Positions 8,107 through 18,900 of a DNA stretch of 64,000 bases are shown here, piece by piece (within the stretch, counting starts at the first letter, position 1; each line of letters starts with the position of its first letter). The stretch lies in NCBI GenBank assembly GCA_965242865.1, contig CBDETK010000013.1, positions 2,592,001-2,656,000 of the forward strand. Reading direction: 5' to 3'. This stretch comes from Candidatus Latescibacterota bacterium. Lineage in GTDB: Bacteria > Latescibacterota > UBA2968 > UBA8231. The translations under genes and the position numbers were made by a program. Below the pieces are notes generated by a model, which worked only from the letters and a program-made list of their open reading frames with translations, did no database searches and was not told the origin of the DNA.

Positions 8107-8853
8107 TCACGGGACGCGCAGCACGGCCGGAGGTAGGCCCTGTTGCAATTGGCTGGGGTCCAGCCCGCTGTTGAAGGCATAGCGTTTGTAGGCCAGCACC
8201 AGCGAGATGTTGGCTTGACGTATTTCCACGCGGCGCGGCAGGTACAGCGCGGCTGCGCGGCGGTATTCTCCCAACTCGCGGAGCAGGACGTCGCCTGCGG
8301 GCAGCGGGCGGCTCTCGCGCACCACCAAGCCGCGGCGCAAATCCAGCCACGCCCGTCGCCCGTCGGTAAGCGCGACCACCGCACGGTCGGCGCGCGGATA
8401 CTCGACCGGCTCGGCGATGGAACCCGGCTCGACGAGGCCGAGCAAGGCGTAGCGCAGATCGCCGGCCCCCAAGTCCAGCCCCGTCAGCGTGGTTAGCAGC
8501 CGGCCGCGCACCGTTCCTTTTAGAGGCTGGTCCATGCCGCGGCCATACACGGTCAGGCTGTCGCCTTCGAGTAGAGCCGTAAAAATGTGGGTGAAAAAGG
8601 GGCCGCGCACTTCAACGCGGAAGAGATCGGGGTTGATTAGCTGCACGAGGGCTGTCCCCCGGTCGCGCCGCGCGCCGCGCCGCAGCTCAATGGCCGCTTC
8701 GGCCGTCAGGTCATCGAACTGGGCCAGAGAGGCCGAGGCCGCGAGCAAGGCGGCCGGTCCTTGGGCCGCGTCCCAGCCTTGGCGCACCACCGGCGGCGGG
8801 GTGCAAGCGAGCGCGAGGGCGCAGAGCGCGAACCGCTTCAACCACACGCGCAT
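8107..8853 (-). CDS. Lipoprotein, LolB/DUF4292-like
   Basis: ATG overlaps the TPR gene stop; lipobox LALAC; beta-rich; typical position after a TPR gene. Confidence 0.55.
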   Translation of the reverse strand: MRVWLKRFALCALALACTPPPVVRQGWDAAQGPAALLAASASLAQFDDLTAEAAIELRRGARRDRGTALVQLINPDLFRVEVRGPFFTHIFTALLEGDSLTVYGRGMDQPLKGTVRGRLLTTLTGLDLGAGDLRYALLGLVEPGSIAEPVEYPRADRAVVALTDGRRAWLDLRRGLVVRESRPLPAGDVLLRELGEYRRAAALYLPRRVEIRQANISLVLAYKRYAFNSGLDPSQLQQGLPPAVLRVP

Positions 8854-10745
8854 CACGGCAGCAGCTTGCGCCGGACCTCTTCGTTGTCCGGCGCGAGTTC
8901 CAGCACCTTTTGCCAGTGGGCGCGCGCCTCGCCCGGTTTGCCGAGCGCGCTGGCAATATCGCCGGCGTGGTCGAAGATCACGGCCTGTTCCTCGGGATCG
9001 CCCTCGTCCATCTGCTCCAAGGCTTGTTGTAGGTAGTGTTCGGCCTGCGCCAGCTCGCCGAGGCGGAAGTAGGCCCAACCCATGCTGTCGAGAAACGCGC
9101 TGTTGTCCGGCTCGATCGCGATCGCCTTCTCCAAGAGCTCGACCGCTTCGGTCAGCCGCATGCCCTTGTCCGCGTACATGTAGCCGAGGTAGTTGAGGGC
9201 GTAGGCGTCGTTTGGGTCGATCGCCAAGAGGCGTTGAAAGGTCTCGATGGCGCGATCGAAGTACTCGTCGCGGCCGAGTTTGCGCGAAGCCTGCTCATAG
9301 CAGGAGCCGAGGTAAAAGAGCGCGTGGCTCTCGTCGCCGGCGAGCGCGACCGCCCGCTGTAGCTTCTCCAGCGCGGCTTCCCAATGCTCCAATTCTTCTA
9401 GTGCGATGCCCCAGTGCAAAAAGGTCGGGCTGTACGCAGAGTCGAGCGCGGCCGCTGTTTCGTATTGGGCCAGCGCGGCTTCCCACTGCCCCTGCCGCCC
9501 CAAGCCGATGCCCCACCGCACGTGCAGCACGGCGTCGTCCGGGGCTACGGCGAGTGCTTGGCGATAGACAGCAATGGCCTCTGCCCAAGCGTCTTGTTGC
9601 TCTAGCGCGAGCCCCCAGTACAGATATATGTCAATGGCGTCGGGCAGGCGCTCGAGGCCGCGCTGGTACACGGCGATGGCCTCGTCGTAGCGCTCGGTGT
9701 TCTCCAAGACGGTCCCCCAGTACAGGTAAATCTCGCTGCTGTCCGGCATGGCTTGGGCCGCTTGGCCGAGGACGGCGGTGGCGGAATCGTAATCCTCCAA
9801 GTAGATGTAGTAGCGCACTAGGTCGGTCCACTGCTCGACCGTTTGGGGTTGCATCTCGACGATGCGCTTAAAAACCAACGTGGCTTGGTCGTACTGGCCG
9901 GCCTCGGACAGGGCCACTCCCAAGTGATAGAGCACCTCGGCGCCCTCTTCAGCGAGAATGTCCTCTAGGTCGTGCTCGGTGACCATGAGCCGCGCCAAGT
10001 AGTAAGGGACGCTGCTGTCGGGCAGGTGTCTAGCGGCTTTTCGGTAGATGGCGATGGCCTCGTGGCGGTGCTCCTGCGCCAGCTTGAGTTCGGCTAGACC
10101 CAGCCAAGCGTCCTCGACCTCGGGATCGGCCGCGAGGACCCGGTGATAGATGCGCTCGGCCTCTTTTTGCCGGTTGATGCGAAAAAAAATGCCGGCGATG
10201 TCCACCGCGACCTCGGGCGGCACTTGCTCTTGGGCGAGCACCCCCTCAAAGAGCGGAGCGATTTGCTCGGGCTGGCCCGTTTCAAAGTAGAGATAGGCCA
10301 AGTGGCGGTAGAGCGGCCAGTTGGCCGGCTCGTAGCGCAGCAGTTGTTCGATGTGGCCGATGGCACGCTCGCGGTCCCCTTCGCGCTCCAAGAGCCGAAT
10401 CAGCATGCGGCGCAACCGCACTTGGCTGCCTTCCAATGCCAAGCTCGCGTGGGCAAAGTGGGCGGCCATCAGGGGGTCGTCGATGCGCTGGTAGTTGTAA
10501 GCGAGACGGGCGTAAATGGTGGGCGAGGCCGGGTCGAGGTCGGCGGCCGAGCGCAGGGCGACGATCGCGCCGAAGTAGTTGTGCTGGGCTTCAAAGACCT
10601 TGGCCTTGACAAAGTATTGCATAGCTTGGTCGGCGTTGGTCGGCCCGGCGGGCGCGGGCGCGTTGTGGCCCCTCAGACCCGCGCAGCCGCCCGCGGACAG
10701 CGCGAGGACGCAGAGCAGGGGGAGGAGATGCGAGACATTGTTCAT
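8853..10745 (-). CDS. TPR-repeat lipoprotein
   Basis: Signal ...AGGC; many TPRs; ALNYLGY..AD and FLDSMGW terminal motifs. Confidence 0.88.
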   Translation of the reverse strand: MNNVSHLLPLLCVLALSAGGCAGLRGHNAPAPAGPTNADQAMQYFVKAKVFEAQHNYFGAIVALRSAADLDPASPTIYARLAYNYQRIDDPLMAAHFAHASLALEGSQVRLRRMLIRLLEREGDRERAIGHIEQLLRYEPANWPLYRHLAYLYFETGQPEQIAPLFEGVLAQEQVPPEVAVDIAGIFFRINRQKEAERIYHRVLAADPEVEDAWLGLAELKLAQEHRHEAIAIYRKAARHLPDSSVPYYLARLMVTEHDLEDILAEEGAEVLYHLGVALSEAGQYDQATLVFKRIVEMQPQTVEQWTDLVRYYIYLEDYDSATAVLGQAAQAMPDSSEIYLYWGTVLENTERYDEAIAVYQRGLERLPDAIDIYLYWGLALEQQDAWAEAIAVYRQALAVAPDDAVLHVRWGIGLGRQGQWEAALAQYETAAALDSAYSPTFLHWGIALEELEHWEAALEKLQRAVALAGDESHALFYLGSCYEQASRKLGRDEYFDRAIETFQRLLAIDPNDAYALNYLGYMYADKGMRLTEAVELLEKAIAIEPDNSAFLDSMGWAYFRLGELAQAEHYLQQALEQMDEGDPEEQAVIFDHAGDIASALGKPGEARAHWQKVLELAPDNEEVRRKLLP

Positions 10746-10789
10746 AATGAAAAGTAAACCTGTATTGGCGGTATCTGGGAAGTCGCGTA

Positions 10790-10975
10790 CTATGCCATCG
10801 CCTCCATGAGCGCGTCGCGGAATTTCACAAAGCTGTGCGAGCGATTGCAGGCCGGATTGATGCGAGCGGCAATGGCACGCGCCGCTTCTACGGGAAACAG
10901 CCGCGGGAGCAATTCACGCAAGAATGCCTCCATAGAAGGCTCTTCGACCAAAATCTCCAGATAGGGATTCTCCAT
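10790..10975 (-). pseudogene. DUF4276-like (TOPRIM-type) ATPase partner with a large in-frame internal deletion
   Basis: N-terminal LEILVEEPSMEAFL joined directly to C-terminal NRSHSF..FRDAL; only 61 aa; coupled to the ATPase stop. Confidence 0.65.
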
Positions 10976-12204
10976 TATTCACTTCCTGCAAGCGGTCCAG
11001 TGGCCCCGCCTTGGTTGACGAGTGGATCGCCGACATTAAAGTAGCCCTCCATCCACAGGTGGCCGAGTTGTGCCCCGTGGTCCATGAATGCTTGCACTTC
11101 CGTTATATCCGCGACCCATTGCGTTTGGGCATAGCCTTGCTCGTCGCGCCAGAGAACGCGCACCTCTTTGGATTGCAAGGCGTTGAGGAAGAACGGCGAA
11201 TGCGTGGTGACCAGCAGCTGAGTGTGCTCGCTGGCCGTGCGGCATTCCTCGGCCAGTTCCCCAAGCAGCCGGGGGTGGAGGAAGTTTTCCGGTTCCTCAA
11301 TACCGATAAAGGGCGGTGGGTTCGGGTCGTGGAGGAGCACGAGGTAAGCCAGCATTTTTAGGGTGCCGTCGGAGGCGAATCGGGCCAGCACTGGGTCGCT
11401 GAACGGGGCGTCCTTGATTTGCAATAGCAGGCGGCCGTCGGGCATGGTATCGGCCAGCACCTTTTCAATGCGCGGGACGCGCCGGCGCAGCACCTCAAAG
11501 ATGTCCTCGAGTCGCGCTGGGTGCTGCTCGGCTAAGTATTGGATGACGTTGGCGAGGTTGTCGCCCGTTTTGCTCAACTGCTCTTGCGGCCCAGCTTCGG
11601 GCTGACCGCGTGCGCTGTCTGCCGAAAGGTAGGATACGTGCCAGCCAGTAATGAACTGGCGCAGTGCCGCCACGCGCGGGTGGTCGGCGAATTGTCCGAG
11701 GGCATTGACTGCCAGCAAGTCGGGTGCGTTCAGGGGGATTTCGATGCGCTGATCTTGTTTGTCTGGCAAAGCACCGCTGATTGCTCGGCCTTGGCCCTCT
11801 TTATAGTCGAGAAATCGAAACGGATATCCGAACCTATCTCGCTTCCATCTCAACCACTCTTCGGCTACAATAGGTGCCCCATTGCGTTCAACAACAGCCA
11901 AGTGATAGGTGATGAGCGGCTGTCCCGGCTTTTCGCGGTACTTGATCTCGATTACTACGGATCCGTCCTCGCCTCGGGACACAAGCTCTTTGCCGCGCCC
12001 ACGCTTATCCCAAGCGCGGCGCAGTCCCAACTCGAAACACTCGGCCAGAAAAGCAAATACGTCGAATACGGTGGACTTGCCGCTGCCGTTGGGGCCGAGC
12101 AACACCGTCAGCGGCGTCAGGTTTTTGAACTCGACATTCCGCAGAGCACGGAAATTCTGCACCTTGAGGTATTCGATGCGGGCTGGAGTGGGAATTGGGT
12201 TCAT
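10975..12204 (-). CDS. ABC-type (AAA_21/SMC-like) ATPase, defence-associated
   Basis: VQNFRAL, Walker [10 protein letters not shown], signature SDGT, Walker B IEEPEN..HP, TTHSP. Confidence 0.85.
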   Translation of the reverse strand: MNPIPTPARIEYLKVQNFRALRNVEFKNLTPLTVLLGPNGSGKSTVFDVFAFLAECFELGLRRAWDKRGRGKELVSRGEDGSVVIEIKYREKPGQPLITYHLAVVERNGAPIVAEEWLRWKRDRFGYPFRFLDYKEGQGRAISGALPDKQDQRIEIPLNAPDLLAVNALGQFADHPRVAALRQFITGWHVSYLSADSARGQPEAGPQEQLSKTGDNLANVIQYLAEQHPARLEDIFEVLRRRVPRIEKVLADTMPDGRLLLQIKDAPFSDPVLARFASDGTLKMLAYLVLLHDPNPPPFIGIEEPENFLHPRLLGELAEECRTASEHTQLLVTTHSPFFLNALQSKEVRVLWRDEQGYAQTQWVADITEVQAFMDHGAQLGHLWMEGYFNVGDPLVNQGGATGPLAGSE

Positions 12205-12228
12205 CGGTGGTCTCCGTTGGAGGGAAGT

Positions 12229-13074
12229 CTAAATTTTCGGATCTAAGGCGTCTCTGAGCCCGTCGCCAAAGAGGTTGAGCGCGAGGACGACCGCGAAGAT
12301 GGCCAGCCCGGGAAACGCCATGACCCAAGGTGCTTGCAAGAGCAGCTCGCGCCCCCCGGATAGCATGGCCCCCCACTCGGGGGTCGGCGGCTGGGCGCCC
12401 AAGCCCAAAAAGCTCAATCCGGCCGCGTCGAGGATGGCCGTGCCCAAGCTGAGCGTGGCTTGCACGATGAGCGGAACCGCGCAGTTGGGCAAGACGCTGT
12501 AAAACAGCAGCCGCCATTCGCTCGCCCCCAGCGCGCGCACGGCCTCGACGTACGCGGCCTCGCGCACGGTTAGCACTGAGGAGCGCATGAGGCGGGCAAA
12601 TTGCGGCACCAACACGATGCTGACGGCGAGGATGGCGTTGTCGATGCCCGGCCCGATGACGGCGACGATGGCAATGGCCAGCAGGATGCTAGGGAAGGCC
12701 AGCATCAGATCCATCAGCCGCATGATGAGCATGTCGGCGGCCCCGCCGCGATACCCGGCCACGAGGCCGAGCAAGGTGCCGGTCGAAGCGGCCAGCGCGA
12801 TGGCAACTAGGCCGATCCGCAGCGAGATGCGGGCGCCGTACGCGATGCGGCTGAAAATGTCGCGGCCAAAGTCGTCGGTGCCCAGCCAGTGGCTCGGCGA
12901 CGGCGGCTGCAAGCGCGCATAGAGGTTTTGCGCCAGTGGATCGTACGGTGCCAAAAGCGGTGCCAAAAGCGCGACCAGCAACGCCCCGGCCAAGACCCCG
13001 CCGCCGACCAGCGCGAGCCGATGGTTGCCGAGCCGCCGCAGTTGACCGGTGCCGTGTGCAATCATCTCAAGCAT
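12229..13074 (-). CDS. dppC: Peptide ABC transporter permease (DppC-like)
   Basis: [44 protein letters not shown]. Confidence 0.9.
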   Translation of the reverse strand: MLEMIAHGTGQLRRLGNHRLALVGGGVLAGALLVALLAPLLAPYDPLAQNLYARLQPPSPSHWLGTDDFGRDIFSRIAYGARISLRIGLVAIALAASTGTLLGLVAGYRGGAADMLIMRLMDLMLAFPSILLAIAIVAVIGPGIDNAILAVSIVLVPQFARLMRSSVLTVREAAYVEAVRALGASEWRLLFYSVLPNCAVPLIVQATLSLGTAILDAAGLSFLGLGAQPPTPEWGAMLSGGRELLLQAPWVMAFPGLAIFAVVLALNLFGDGLRDALDPKI

Positions 13075-15247
13075 GGCCTATAAGCTCTAGTACCAACGCG
13101 CCCAGCGGCGGCAGGTGCAACCGCGCCGACTGCGGGCGGCCATGGCAAGCGACCGGCTCGGTTTGCACCCAGCCGCCGTGGCCTAGGCCGCTCCCGCCGT
13201 AGATTTCGGCGTCGCTGTTGAGCACCTCGCGGTACGGCCCGGCCGCAGGCAGCCCGAGTTGGTAATCCGCGCGGGGGACTGGGGTAAAATTGCAGACGAA
13301 AATCAGGGGAGGTTCGCCCTCGGCGCGGCGCACAAAAGCCACCACGCTCTGGGCGGCATCCGAGCAATCGATCCATTCAAAACCATCGGGCTGCGCATCG
13401 GTGCGGTGCAGGGCCGCGCAGCGGCGATAGAGCTGGTTGAGGTCGCAGAGCCAGCGATAGACGCCGGCGTGCCCCTCGTCGTCGAGCAGGTGCCAAGGCA
13501 GTTCGCCTTGGTGATCCCACTCTTCCCACTGGGCCAACTCGGCCCCCATAAAGAGCAGCTTTTTGCCGGGGTGCCCGTACATAAAGCCGTAGAGCAAGCG
13601 CAAGTTGGCCCGCTGCTGCCAAGCGTCCCCGGGCATCTTGCTCAAGAGCGAGCACTTGCCGTGGACGACCTCGTCATGCGCCAGCGGCAACACGAAGTTT
13701 TCGCTGTGGGCGTAGAGCAGGCCAAAGGTCAGGTCGTCTTGGTGGTGGCGGCGGTGGATCGGGTCGCGCTGCATGTAGCGCAGCACGTCGTTCATCCAGC
13801 CCATGTTCCACTTGAAGTGGAAGCCGAGGCCGCCGCCGGCGACCGGCCGGGAAACTTCCGGCCAAGCGGTCGATTCCTCGGCGATCATCAAGGCGTCCGG
13901 GCAGTGCTCGCCGATGGCCGTGTTGAGCTGCCGCAGGAAATCGATGGCTTCGAGGTTTTCGCGCCCGCCGTGAGCGTTGGGCACCCATTCCCCTTCGGAG
14001 CGCGAGTAGTCGAGGTAGAGCATGGAAGCCACCGCATCGACGCGCAGGCCGTCGAGGTGAAAGCGTTCGAGCCAAAACAGGGCATTGGCAATGAGAAAGG
14101 AGCGGACTTCGGCGCGGCCGTAGTTGAATATGCAGGTCTGCCAGTCGGGATGCCGGCCTTGGCGCGGGTCGCGGTGCTCGTAGAGGCTGGTGCCGTCGAA
14201 TTGAGCCAAGCCGTGGGCGTCGCTAGGGAAGTGCGCCGGCACCCAGTCGAGAATCACCCCGATGGCGTGGCGGTGGCAGTAGTCGATGAAATAAGCAAAG
14301 TCCTCGGGCGCACCAAAGCGCGCGCTCGGCGCGAAATACCCGGTTCCTTGATACCCCCACGAGCCGTCAAAGGGATGCTCGGCCACCGGCATCAGCTCGA
14401 TGTGGGTAAAACCGAGCGCGGCCACGTGGGCGACCAATTGGTGAGCCAGCGTGCGATAGTCGAGATTGCGCCGCCACGAGCCGAGATGGACCTCGTAGAT
14501 GGCGAGGGGTGCTTCCAACCCGTTGTGCGCTCGGCGCTCGGCCATCCAAGCGTCGTCGCCCCAAGCGAACGCATCGCCCCGGCAGACCACCGAAGCGGTG
14601 CGGGGGGGCCGTTCCGTGGCCAAGGCAAAGGGATCGCTCTTGAGCAGGATGGTTCCTTGGCGACTGAGGATTTCGTACTTGTAGAGCGCGCCCGCGCCCA
14701 CCTCCGGGACGAACAGTTCCCACACCCCGGACGCGCCCAGCGAGCGCATGCAGTGCAGCCGGCCGTCCCAGTGGTTGAAGTCGCCGACCGCGCTGACTCG
14801 GCGGGCATTCGGCGCCCACACCGCAAAGTACGTGCCCTCGGCCCCGTCGATGCAGCGCGGATGCGCCCCCAGCAACTCGTAGGCGCGGTAGTGGGTTCCT
14901 TCGTTGAAGAGGTATTGGTCTTGGGACGCCAACTGCGGCCAGAACGAGTACGGATCGCGGCAGCAGCGAACCGCGCCCTGCGCGTCGGTCACCGCCAGAT
15001 GGTACGCAAAGGACGAGCGGCGGCCGGCGATCCGCGCCTCAAACAATCCCTCGGCATGGGTCTTGGCGGCCTGAAAGCTCGCGCCTTGCCCCCCCCGCTC
15101 CACGACCTGCACGCTCGCCGCCTCGGGCCAGAACACGCGCACGACCCAGCCCTCGTCTAAGGGGTGCATCCCCAAGTGCGAGAACACATCGGCGCATTCG
15201 CCGTGCAAAAGGGCCTCCATTATCTGCGGATCAAGCGTTGTCTGCAT
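13067..15247 (-). CDS. glgB: 1,4-alpha-glucan branching enzyme
   Basis: [47 protein letters not shown]. Confidence 0.95.
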   Translation of the reverse strand: MQTTLDPQIMEALLHGECADVFSHLGMHPLDEGWVVRVFWPEAASVQVVERGGQGASFQAAKTHAEGLFEARIAGRRSSFAYHLAVTDAQGAVRCCRDPYSFWPQLASQDQYLFNEGTHYRAYELLGAHPRCIDGAEGTYFAVWAPNARRVSAVGDFNHWDGRLHCMRSLGASGVWELFVPEVGAGALYKYEILSRQGTILLKSDPFALATERPPRTASVVCRGDAFAWGDDAWMAERRAHNGLEAPLAIYEVHLGSWRRNLDYRTLAHQLVAHVAALGFTHIELMPVAEHPFDGSWGYQGTGYFAPSARFGAPEDFAYFIDYCHRHAIGVILDWVPAHFPSDAHGLAQFDGTSLYEHRDPRQGRHPDWQTCIFNYGRAEVRSFLIANALFWLERFHLDGLRVDAVASMLYLDYSRSEGEWVPNAHGGRENLEAIDFLRQLNTAIGEHCPDALMIAEESTAWPEVSRPVAGGGLGFHFKWNMGWMNDVLRYMQRDPIHRRHHQDDLTFGLLYAHSENFVLPLAHDEVVHGKCSLLSKMPGDAWQQRANLRLLYGFMYGHPGKKLLFMGAELAQWEEWDHQGELPWHLLDDEGHAGVYRWLCDLNQLYRRCAALHRTDAQPDGFEWIDCSDAAQSVVAFVRRAEGEPPLIFVCNFTPVPRADYQLGLPAAGPYREVLNSDAEIYGGSGLGHGGWVQTEPVACHGRPQSARLHLPPLGALVLELIGHA

Positions 15248-15474
15248 GGTCGCACTCGGATTTCGGGGTTGAGCATTCTTAGAGAAGATAGGCCAATTTA
15301 GGGGAACTACAAGCAAACCCTAACGCGCGCCCGTTGCCGAGCAAGGCCGTCGCCCCGTCGCCCTGATTCCGCAAAGTTGGGAAGCGTATCGTATTGTTAT
15401 ATTTTTAGTTGAGGCGAGGGCGACAGCGCAACGTCCGCTTTTTTAAGCGCAAAACCACCCGACTTACTTCGACT

Positions 15475-16806
15475 ATGGACCAAAAAATCGCCACCTCCGG
15501 CTGGGGGCTGTACCCGTGCGTCGCCGCCTCGGTTCGGCGTGCGCGCTACCTAAGCGACCTGTGCCGCGCTGTTGCGGCCCCGATTTTGCCCCAAGGCAAT
15601 TGCCGGTCCTACGGCGACGCCTGCCTATACGAGCGCGTCGTCTCCACCCTGCCCCTCAAGCACCTGCTCGACTTCGATCGGCAGCGCGGGCTTTTGCACG
15701 CCCAAGCCGGCATTACGCTCGCCGAGATCATCCGCTTTGCCCTGCCCCAGGGCTTTTTCCCGCCCGTTACGCCGGGGACCAAGTTCCCCACGCTCGGCGG
15801 CTGCATTGCCGCCGATGTCCACGGCAAAAACCACCACGTCGAGGGGTCTATCGCCGCCTTTGTCGAGTCGCTGGACATGGTGTTGGCCGATGGCTCAACC
15901 GTGCGCTGCTCGCGCAGCCAGCGCGCCGATCTGTTTTGGGCCACGCTGGGCGGCATGGGCCTGACGGGGTTTATCTACGCGGCGACACTGCGGCTCAAAA
16001 AGGTGCCGTCGGCGTACATCCGGCAGCGCGCCATTAAGACGGCGAATTGGGCCGAGACGTACCGCGTTTGCCAAGAGACTCAGCAGCAGTACACCTATTC
16101 GGTCGCGTGGATTGACGGCCTGCAAACGGGCCGGCAGCTAGGGCGCGGTCACGTGTTGTTGGGGGAACACGCCAGCGCGAGCGCACTCAAGGGCAAGCCG
16201 CCCTTTCCCCTCCACGGCGCTAGCCGCTGGGCCGTGCCGTTTTCTGTGCCCAGCGGCATGCTCAATGCCCAATCCCTGAAGGCGTTTAACGCCCTTTACT
16301 ATCATCGCCAAGTGCGCCGGGCGACCGACGCGCTCGTCCACTACGACCCGTATTTCTATCCGCTCGACGCGGTCCGCGGCTGGAATCGCCTATATGGCCG
16401 CCGGGGCTTTTTGCAGTACCAAGTCGCCGTGCCAGCCGCCGATGGCGCGGAGGTGATCGGCGAGCTGCTCGGGCGCATTGCCCGCCAAGGCGTGGCTTCG
16501 CCCTTGGCCGTGTTCAAGACCTTTGGGACGCCGAGCGGCGGCCTGCTTTCCTTTCCCCTCGCGGGCTACACCCTCTCGCTGGACATCCCCTTGCGCGACG
16601 CTGGGACGATTCCCTTCTTGCGCACCCTGAACAAAACCGTCGTCGAGGCCAAAGGGCGCGTCTATTTGGCCAAGGACGCCATTTTGGAAAAGGAGGATTT
16701 CGCCGCCATGTATCCGCAGCTCGACCCATTCAAAGCGGTCAAGCGCAAATACGACCCGGAACACCGCTTCCGCTCCTGCCTGTCCGACCGCTTGGGGATC
16801 ACGTGA
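15475..16806 (+). CDS. FAD-binding oxidoreductase, DprE1-like
   Basis: RSYGD, TPGTKFPTLGG.IAADVHGKNHH, GRVYLAKD. Confidence 0.85.
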   Translation: MDQKIATSGWGLYPCVAASVRRARYLSDLCRAVAAPILPQGNCRSYGDACLYERVVSTLPLKHLLDFDRQRGLLHAQAGITLAEIIRFALPQGFFPPVTPGTKFPTLGGCIAADVHGKNHHVEGSIAAFVESLDMVLADGSTVRCSRSQRADLFWATLGGMGLTGFIYAATLRLKKVPSAYIRQRAIKTANWAETYRVCQETQQQYTYSVAWIDGLQTGRQLGRGHVLLGEHASASALKGKPPFPLHGASRWAVPFSVPSGMLNAQSLKAFNALYYHRQVRRATDALVHYDPYFYPLDAVRGWNRLYGRRGFLQYQVAVPAADGAEVIGELLGRIARQGVASPLAVFKTFGTPSGGLLSFPLAGYTLSLDIPLRDAGTIPFLRTLNKTVVEAKGRVYLAKDAILEKEDFAAMYPQLDPFKAVKRKYDPEHRFRSCLSDRLGIT

Positions 16807-17528
16807 GGGCCTTGGTTTTAGGGGCCAAATCGGCGATTGCCCAAGCCATCGTCGAGCACCTCGATGGCTACGACTTTGCGCTGGCCGCCCGCCGGTGCAT
16901 CGATCTAGAGCCTTTTGCCGCGGACTTGCGGCTCAGACGCTCGTGCCGCGTAGAGCTGATCGAGTTTGACGCCTTGTACTTTGCAGCCTTGGCGGACTTG
17001 CCGCAACAGGTTCACGAGCGCGTCGGCCCCTTCGACTTGGTCGTCCTCGCCTTCGGCTACTTCGGCGACGCAACGCACGATACAGACGAGATCATCCGCA
17101 CCCTCAACACCAACCTCACCGGCGCGGCCCTCGCCCTCGCGCATTTGGCCAATTACCTAGAGCAAAAGGGCACGCCGGCCGGTATCATCGCGATCTCGTC
17201 CGTATCCGGCGACCGGGGCCGCCAAGGCAATTACGTCTATGGAGCGGCTAAGGGGGGGCTTTCGGTTTTCTTGCAAGGGCTACGCAATCGGCTGGCTAAG
17301 ACGCCGGTACACGTCCTGACCGTCAAGCCCGGGTTCGTCGATACGCCGATGACCGAGGGGCGGCTAGACGGGCTTTGGGGGGTCGCTACGCCGGACAAAG
17401 TGGCGGCCGACATCGTGCGCGCCTATCGGCAAAAGAAGGATGTGCTCTACACGCCGTTTTTTTGGCGTTGGATCATGCTCGCGGTCCGAAGCATCCCCGA
17501 GCGCATTTTTAAGAGGCTGAAGTTGTGA
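16803..17528 (+). CDS. Short-chain dehydrogenase, DprE2-like
   Basis: VLGAKSAIA, SSVSGDRGR, YGAAK, KPGFVDTPMT; coupled to the DprE1-like gene. Confidence 0.85.
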   Translation: MRALVLGAKSAIAQAIVEHLDGYDFALAARRCIDLEPFAADLRLRRSCRVELIEFDALYFAALADLPQQVHERVGPFDLVVLAFGYFGDATHDTDEIIRTLNTNLTGAALALAHLANYLEQKGTPAGIIAISSVSGDRGRQGNYVYGAAKGGLSVFLQGLRNRLAKTPVHVLTVKPGFVDTPMTEGRLDGLWGVATPDKVAADIVRAYRQKKDVLYTPFFWRWIMLAVRSIPERIFKRLKL

Positions 17529-17582
17529 CGAGTTGACATGGGTGCGCGTCCTCAACGCCGACGCGAGAGGATGAAGTGCTAT

Positions 17583-17610
17583 TTGCAGAATAGAAATTCA
17601 TTTCTATTTT
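17583..17610 (+). promoter_or_regulatory. Putative promoter with palindromic operator before an apparently leaderless ATPase gene
   Basis: AATAGAAA-TTCA-TTTCTATT inverted repeat at 17589-17608, between TTGCAG and TATTTT; ATG 7 nt later; no SD. Confidence 0.45.
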
Positions 17611-17617
17611 ACCAAAC

Positions 17618-18751
17618 ATGATTTCTAGATTGCTCAAAAGGCAAATTGACGCGCAACTCGCGCGCTATCCGGCCGTGGCCCTGAGCGGAGCGCGCCAGAC
17701 GGGTAAGACGACCTTAGCTAAAGCATTCGAGGGCCATTATTTCGACCTAGAAAATCCCCGCGACCAACTGCGTCTCGACGTCACGTGGGAGGAGCGGATG
17801 GGAACGCGGGAATTGGTCATCCTCGATGAAATCCAAGCCATGCCCGAACTCTTTCCGCGCTTGCGCGCCGCCATTGACGCGGACCGCAAGCGCTGTGGTC
17901 GCTTCCTGATGCTCGGCTCGGTTGCGCCCGCCCTGATGCAGCGGGCCGGTCAGGCGCTCACTGGCCGCCTAGCCCAACTCACCGGCTTTTTGGCGCGGGA
18001 ACGGCCTGTTGAAGAGTGGGATCGCCTGTGGCAACGGGGGGGGTATCCCGACGGCGGCATCCTCGACGCCAGCCGCTTTCCCGACTGGCAGCAAAACTAC
18101 CTCGCGCTCATGGCCCAGCGCGACCTTCCCACTTGGGGCCTGCCGGCCCAGCCCGTGCTCATCCAGCGGTTCTTCCGCATGTTGGCCGCGCTGCACGGCC
18201 AGATGTGGAATGCTTCCCAACTCGGCAAGAGCTTGGGATTGAGTTATCACACCGTCAATACATACGCCGACTTCCTAGAGCAAGCCTTCTTGATTCGTCG
18301 GCTGCCAGCCTATACGGCGAACCTGCACAAACGCTTGGTCAAGCGTCCCAAGCTCTATTGGCGCGACACCGGCCTCTTGCATGCCTTGCTGGGTCTCGAC
18401 CGCGACCGCGATGTATTGGACCAGCCGTGGGTTGGAACGAGTTGGGAAGGATGGGTGATTGAGCAGCTATTAGGCCACCTGCAAAGCACGGGCCGCGCTT
18501 TTGAGGCGTTTTATATGCGGACCAGCGACCAGCGGGAGATCGACCTCGTGTTGGAGTATCGCGGCCACCGCTGGGCCTTTGAGATCAAGCTGAGCAGTGC
18601 CCCGGACGCGGCGGATCTGCGGCGTTTGCAAGACCATGCCGCGCTCGTCAGCGCCGACCGGGTCGCCCTAATCAGCCGCACGACCGAGCCGGTCTGTGGC
18701 AAAGCGGTCGCCTCGCTCAATCTGGCCGCGGCCCTCGATTGGCTGCTCTAA
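17618..18751 (+). CDS. AAA_14 + DUF4143 ATP-binding protein
   Basis: GARQTGKTT, LDEIQ, GGYP, PKLYWRDTGL, EIDL..FEIK. Confidence 0.85.
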   Translation: MISRLLKRQIDAQLARYPAVALSGARQTGKTTLAKAFEGHYFDLENPRDQLRLDVTWEERMGTRELVILDEIQAMPELFPRLRAAIDADRKRCGRFLMLGSVAPALMQRAGQALTGRLAQLTGFLARERPVEEWDRLWQRGGYPDGGILDASRFPDWQQNYLALMAQRDLPTWGLPAQPVLIQRFFRMLAALHGQMWNASQLGKSLGLSYHTVNTYADFLEQAFLIRRLPAYTANLHKRLVKRPKLYWRDTGLLHALLGLDRDRDVLDQPWVGTSWEGWVIEQLLGHLQSTGRAFEAFYMRTSDQREIDLVLEYRGHRWAFEIKLSSAPDAADLRRLQDHAALVSADRVALISRTTEPVCGKAVASLNLAAALDWLL

Positions 18752-18900
18752 ACATCCCGTCATCCTCTTAGAAGCGGTCTGCTCCGCAAATTCTACCTTG
18801 GGGCGTGTTGAACAAGCCGTAGAGCCGGTGCTCGGCTCCTCAGTCCCTATCTGCCGCGTCGCCTCAACGCCATGCAAGCCGGGCCGGTGATCCTCCACGA

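Noticed and set aside
13259-15160. 633-aa + strand ORF; similar long ORFs at 6167-7408 and 47086-48093
   Set aside because: Antisense shadows of glgB, the oxidoreductase and the amidohydrolase in GC-rich DNA; no recognisable motifs
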